Translations under genes and position numbers: made by a program | The notes under the pieces: generated by a model | Told to the model about the DNA's origin: nothing | Database searches by the model: none | The model's input: only the letters and a program-made list of their open reading frames with translations | Shown: piece by piece, positions 48,197 to 51,016 of the stretch | Layout: every line of letters begins with the position of its first letter | Position numbering within the stretch: position 1 is the stretch's first letter | Origin: Jatrophihabitantaceae bacterium | Lineage (GTDB): Bacteria; Actinomycetota; Actinomycetes; Mycobacteriales; Jatrophihabitantaceae | Assembly: GCA_035656335.1 (NCBI GenBank) | Contig: DASRSS010000114.1 | Location: 1 to 51,016, forward strand | Length of the DNA stretch: 51,016 nt | Reading direction: 5' to 3'

Positions 48197-48679
48197 TCAT
48201 CGCTGGACGGGCCCTGATTGTTCCGCGCACGACGCGCAGCGGCCGAAGACGGTGAAGTGCGCGCGGTCCAGGACGAAGCCGCGTTCGGCGCGCAGCCGGC
48301 CGTCGAGCAGGTCGACCACGGCGGGCTCGACGTCGGACACCGCGCCGCACGAGTGGCAGATCAGGTGGATGTGATCGTCCTCGGCCGGGCGGTAGGACGG
48401 CGCGCCGTGCCCCAGGTGCGCGTGCTTGACCAGCCCGAGCTCCTCGAGCAGCTCCAGCGTGCGGTACACGGTCGCGACGTCGACGCCGTCCACCGATTCG
48501 CTGATCTGCTCGGGAGTCGCGTGCCGCAGCGCCCGGACCGCGCCCAGCACCTTCTCGCGCTGAGCCGTCACGCGCAGGCCGCGCGCACGCAGCTCGGCGG
48601 CCAGGTCCGGGGCGTTGCCGCCGGCCGTGTCCGCGGCGGGCACGGTGTCGTGGTGATGGGTGGGCTGCATCGAGTCCAT
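48197..48679 (-). CDS. Fur-family metalloregulator
   Basis: ATG 48679 lies within ORF 48197..49564. The winged helix is LRVTAQREKVLGAV..ATVYRTLELLEELGLV. HLICHSCG...RCASC supplies two CxxC pairs, and the N-terminus has a His-rich THHHD stretch. Confidence 0.85.
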   Translation of the reverse strand: MDSMQPTHHHDTVPAADTAGGNAPDLAAELRARGLRVTAQREKVLGAVRALRHATPEQISESVDGVDVATVYRTLELLEELGLVKHAHLGHGAPSYRPAEDDHIHLICHSCGAVSDVEPAVVDLLDGRLRAERGFVLDRAHFTVFGRCASCAEQSGPVQR

Positions 48680-48697
48680 CGTAGGTAGCCTGGCGCG

Positions 48698-49549
48698 GTG
48701 TCGGTTCGCCTGCTTGCCGTGTTCGGTGTCGGAATCGTCGACCCGGCCACCCCGGTCGTCGCGGCGGACGACCCCGGCCTGACCCGCGGGGACGGATGCT
48801 TCGAGGGCTGCCGGGTGCGCACATCCGCCGACGGGCACAGCGCCGTCGACAAGCTGGACGCGCACCTGGCCCGCATGGGCAGGTCCGCGGCCGCGCTGGA
48901 GATCGCGTTCGACGACGACGCGTGGCGCGCGTTCGTGCTGCAGACGCTTGCGGCGTGGACGGAGCCCGGCGAGTGGGCGATGAAGCTGCTGCTGACCCGC
49001 GGCGCGCCCGGCGGAGCCCCGACCGGCCTGCTCACGATCTCGCCGCTGCCCGCGAACTATCCGGCACAGCGGCGCGACGGCATCGCCGTGATCACGTTGC
49101 CGCGGGGTTACGCGGCGGACGCGTTCGCGGACGCGCCGTGGCTGCTCGGCGGCGTCAAGACGCTGTCCTACGCGGTGAACATGGCCGCGCAGCGCGAGGC
49201 GGCCCGGCGCGAGGCCGACGACGTGATCTTCACCAGCAGCGAGGGCCTGGTGCTCGAGGCACACACCAGCTCCGTCGTCTGGCTCTCGGGCGGGACGCTG
49301 CACACGACGCCGCAGGGTCCGTCCGGCATCCTCGGCGGCACCACGCAGGCGCTGCTGTTCGAGTGCGCCGCCGCTGCCGGCCGACCTGTGGTGACGGCGC
49401 CGGCGACGGTCGCGGACCTGCACGCGGCCGACTCGCTGTGGCTGATCGGCAGCGTCCGCGGCCCGGTCGACGTGGTGCGCCTGGACGGCAAGCCGCGCGG
49501 GCGCGACGAGGCCCGCACCGCCGAGATCCGCGCGCTTTGCGGGTTCTGA
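48698..49549 (+). CDS. Class IV aminotransferase-fold protein (aminodeoxychorismate lyase-like)
   Basis: 283 aa with a GTG start. It contains GDGCFEG, the catalytic-Lys context GGVKTLSY, and ILGGTTQ. The gene is divergent from fur, 18 nt away. Confidence 0.75.
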   Translation: MSVRLLAVFGVGIVDPATPVVAADDPGLTRGDGCFEGCRVRTSADGHSAVDKLDAHLARMGRSAAALEIAFDDDAWRAFVLQTLAAWTEPGEWAMKLLLTRGAPGGAPTGLLTISPLPANYPAQRRDGIAVITLPRGYAADAFADAPWLLGGVKTLSYAVNMAAQREAARREADDVIFTSSEGLVLEAHTSSVVWLSGGTLHTTPQGPSGILGGTTQALLFECAAAAGRPVVTAPATVADLHAADSLWLIGSVRGPVDVVRLDGKPRGRDEARTAEIRALCGF

Positions 49550-49556
49550 CCTGCCC

Positions 49557-49610
49557 CTGATCAAGAGCAGGTTGTGGCCGTCCCAGCGACCAGAACGCGC
49601 TCTTGATCAG
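49557..49610. terminator. 12-bp perfect inverted repeat with a 30-nt spacer, 3' of the pabC-like gene
   Basis: The arms are ctgatcaagagc (49557-49568) and gctcttgatcag (49599-49610). Confidence 0.5.
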
Positions 49611-49909
49611 CGGGATAAATGTCGTTGCCCCGGCCCCGCGACGGACGTACCTTGGCTGTACACGGGAAAGGAGGTGGTCCGCAGTTGAATACTTATCGGA
49701 CACGTGAGGTGGCTGCCAGCTAGCCGCTGTATGCAACGGACCTGCGTGGCAATGCCCGCCGGCGTCCGCGTTGCGACAACGCGGCGGCGAGCACTACCAG
49801 GCAGCTACCCGGCCCCCGGACCGTCGGCCTGTCCAGCCGACCCGCCTGCGACACGATCTTCGTGCCGCGCGGACCAGGTCCGGGGGCTGTTCATTTCCCG
49901 GAGCCGTCG

Positions 49910-50806
49910 CTAGATCAGGTGGACCAGCTTGTAGATCGGCTTGGCGTTCCAGGTGAGCATCCCCTGCTCGTCCAGGAAGCCCATGATCTTCTCGCCCAGC
50001 CAGCGCCGGGTGGCGTGGTTGTTCGGGTTGCCCCGGGCCTCGCGGACGGCCCGCTTGCGGTCCAGCCCGACGGCCTCGTACACGTCCGGGTTGATCAACA
50101 CGCTCACCACGAACGCGGACACGAGCGCGGACACCGTGGTCGCGACCAGCTTCTCGACCGGGTTCAGCTGCCGGACCTTCCGGGTGACTTCCTCGCGCGC
50201 GAAGCGGACGTGCCGCGCCTCCTCGACGACGTGGATCCGGTTGACCATGCGGATCAGCGGGTTGATCGCCTCGTCGTTCATGGTCGCGCGCTGCAGCCGG
50301 TCGGTGACCTCCTCGGCGACCAGCACGGGCGCGAACACGGCCGGGCCGCGCGCGGTCGCCTTGTACAGCCGCGCCAGGTGGTGCACGAGGCGCGGCGGAC
50401 GGTACGTGGGCACGCCCATCCGGTTGATCGCCTTGGCGAACATGATCACGTGCCGGGTCTCGTCCCCGATCTCGGTGAGCGCGTACTGGGTGTGCGCGGC
50501 CTGCGGGTCCTGGTGGTACGCGTACCGCGCGAGCAGCTGGATCAGGATGATCTCGAACCACAGCCCGGTGCCGGCGATGCTGGCCAGCTCGTGCTTGGAC
50601 AGCTCGACGCGCTGCTCGTCGCTCATCTCTTCCCACAGCTTCGTGCCGTACAGGGAGACCCGTTCGAGCGGCATGTACGCCATGTCGTCGGCGACCTCGG
50701 CCGTCCAGTCGATGTCCAGCAGCGGGTCGTAGGAGTTCCGGGACGACGAGTTGAGCAGCCGCCCGGCCGTCCGCTCGCGCTGCGCCTGCGGGTCGACCGC
50801 GGTCAT
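49910..50806 (-). CDS. AurF-like diiron oxygenase (ferritin-like fold)
   Basis: ATG 50806 with GGAAGGTGGA upstream. The diiron ligand motifs are EIGDETRH and VEEARH. The protein is 298 aa. Confidence 0.7.
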   Translation of the reverse strand: MTAVDPQAQRERTAGRLLNSSSRNSYDPLLDIDWTAEVADDMAYMPLERVSLYGTKLWEEMSDEQRVELSKHELASIAGTGLWFEIILIQLLARYAYHQDPQAAHTQYALTEIGDETRHVIMFAKAINRMGVPTYRPPRLVHHLARLYKATARGPAVFAPVLVAEEVTDRLQRATMNDEAINPLIRMVNRIHVVEEARHVRFAREEVTRKVRQLNPVEKLVATTVSALVSAFVVSVLINPDVYEAVGLDRKRAVREARGNPNNHATRRWLGEKIMGFLDEQGMLTWNAKPIYKLVHLI

Positions 50807-50844
50807 GGCGTCCACCTTCCTGCTATCTATAACAAGCTGTACCA

Positions 50845-50860
50845 CCTACTTTTGAGTAGG
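50845..50860. promoter_or_regulatory. Palindrome CCTACTTTTGAGTAGG in the oxygenase/TetR divergent region
   Basis: 6-bp perfect arms with a 4-nt spacer, in an AT-rich patch (50820-50870) between starts 50806 (-) and 50930 (+). Confidence 0.5.
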
Positions 50861-50929
50861 ACAAGCAGTGACACCAACCCGCGGCGCCGGGCCGTCCGGA
50901 CGGGCGCCGCGGGCAATAAGCTGCACGTC

Positions 50930-51016
50930 ATGACCGCAGAGGTGCGCGACGGGCGCTCGACGCGGTGGGATCCGCACCGGCGTGAGCGGCGCATCGCGAT
51001 CATCACCGCGGCAATC
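50930..51016 (+). CDS. Probable TetR-family regulator, N-terminal fragment (runs off the right edge)
   Basis: Manual translation gives MTAEVRDGRSTRWDPHRRERRIAIITAAI. The RxRIxxAA pattern is typical of the lead-in to the TetR HTH. Only 29 codons are visible. Confidence 0.4.
   Translation, partial: MTAEVRDGRSTRWDPHRRERRIAIITAAI

Noticed and set aside
49619-49723. 34-codon ATG ORF (MSLPRPRDGRTLAVHGKGGGPQLNTYRTREVAAS) spanning the strong SD.
   Set aside because: The RBS for the ATG is poor, and the codon usage is full of codons rare for this GC content (ttg, gga, gta, aaa, aat, act, tat, aca). The SD would sit inside the ORF. It is more likely non-coding or only the short TTG frame, so it is left as an open question.
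49855-49905. SRP (4.5S) RNA-like segment ggaccaggtccgg.
   Set aside because: It lacks the conserved domain IV motifs (GGAA / AGCAGC symmetric-loop context) and the flanking helix. The resemblance is limited to a short GC hairpin.

Overview
High-GC actinomycete chromosomal segment, densely coded on both strands. I found no rRNA, CRISPR array, transposase or integrase. All compositional statements are by eye, and no database searches were run. Positions 1-17.1 kb look like conserved core, with gene order recalling the M. tuberculosis Rv0482-Rv0500A neighbourhood: excisionase-like HTH, proC, ECF sigma, regX3-senX3-gpm, ybjN-like, mshA, murB. A tRNA-Lys(UUU) at 17104-17176 marks the switch to an accessory-looking stretch of about 17.2-29.4 kb. 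That stretch holds a visibly lower-GC PASTA/DUF4232-like lipoprotein and a GTGA-coupled module of membrane protein, intramembrane-sensing histidine kinase and NarL-type regulator. It also holds two tandem, translationally coupled paralogues with an unusual architecture (unknown N-domain + LicD-like + SAM-methyltransferase), my best candidate for an undescribed system. Next come a tandem-duplicated muconolactone-isomerase-like protein and a LysR/MFS/SRPBCC/CrtI-like block. The right half carries an isolated tsaD, an FGE, and a lipid-flavoured cluster. That cluster comprises an FAD-dehydrogenase-SDR-SRPBCC operon, a ceramidase with no signal peptide, TRIC, a GT-C mannosyltransferase-like protein and P450/TetR. 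Further right are DUF2516/HbhA-like/XRE, two tandem MmpL transporters, ygfZ-fur/pabC-like, and an AurF-like diiron oxygenase with a partial TetR. Non-coding signals include several long perfect-arm hairpins at gene ends, a four-copy GAGTGGCGAG operator-like array, an 18-nt direct repeat pair just 3' of the tRNA, and an unexplained 300-nt region with a 15-nt anti-SD complement. Many long ORFs in the supplied track are antisense or frame artefacts of high GC and were not called.
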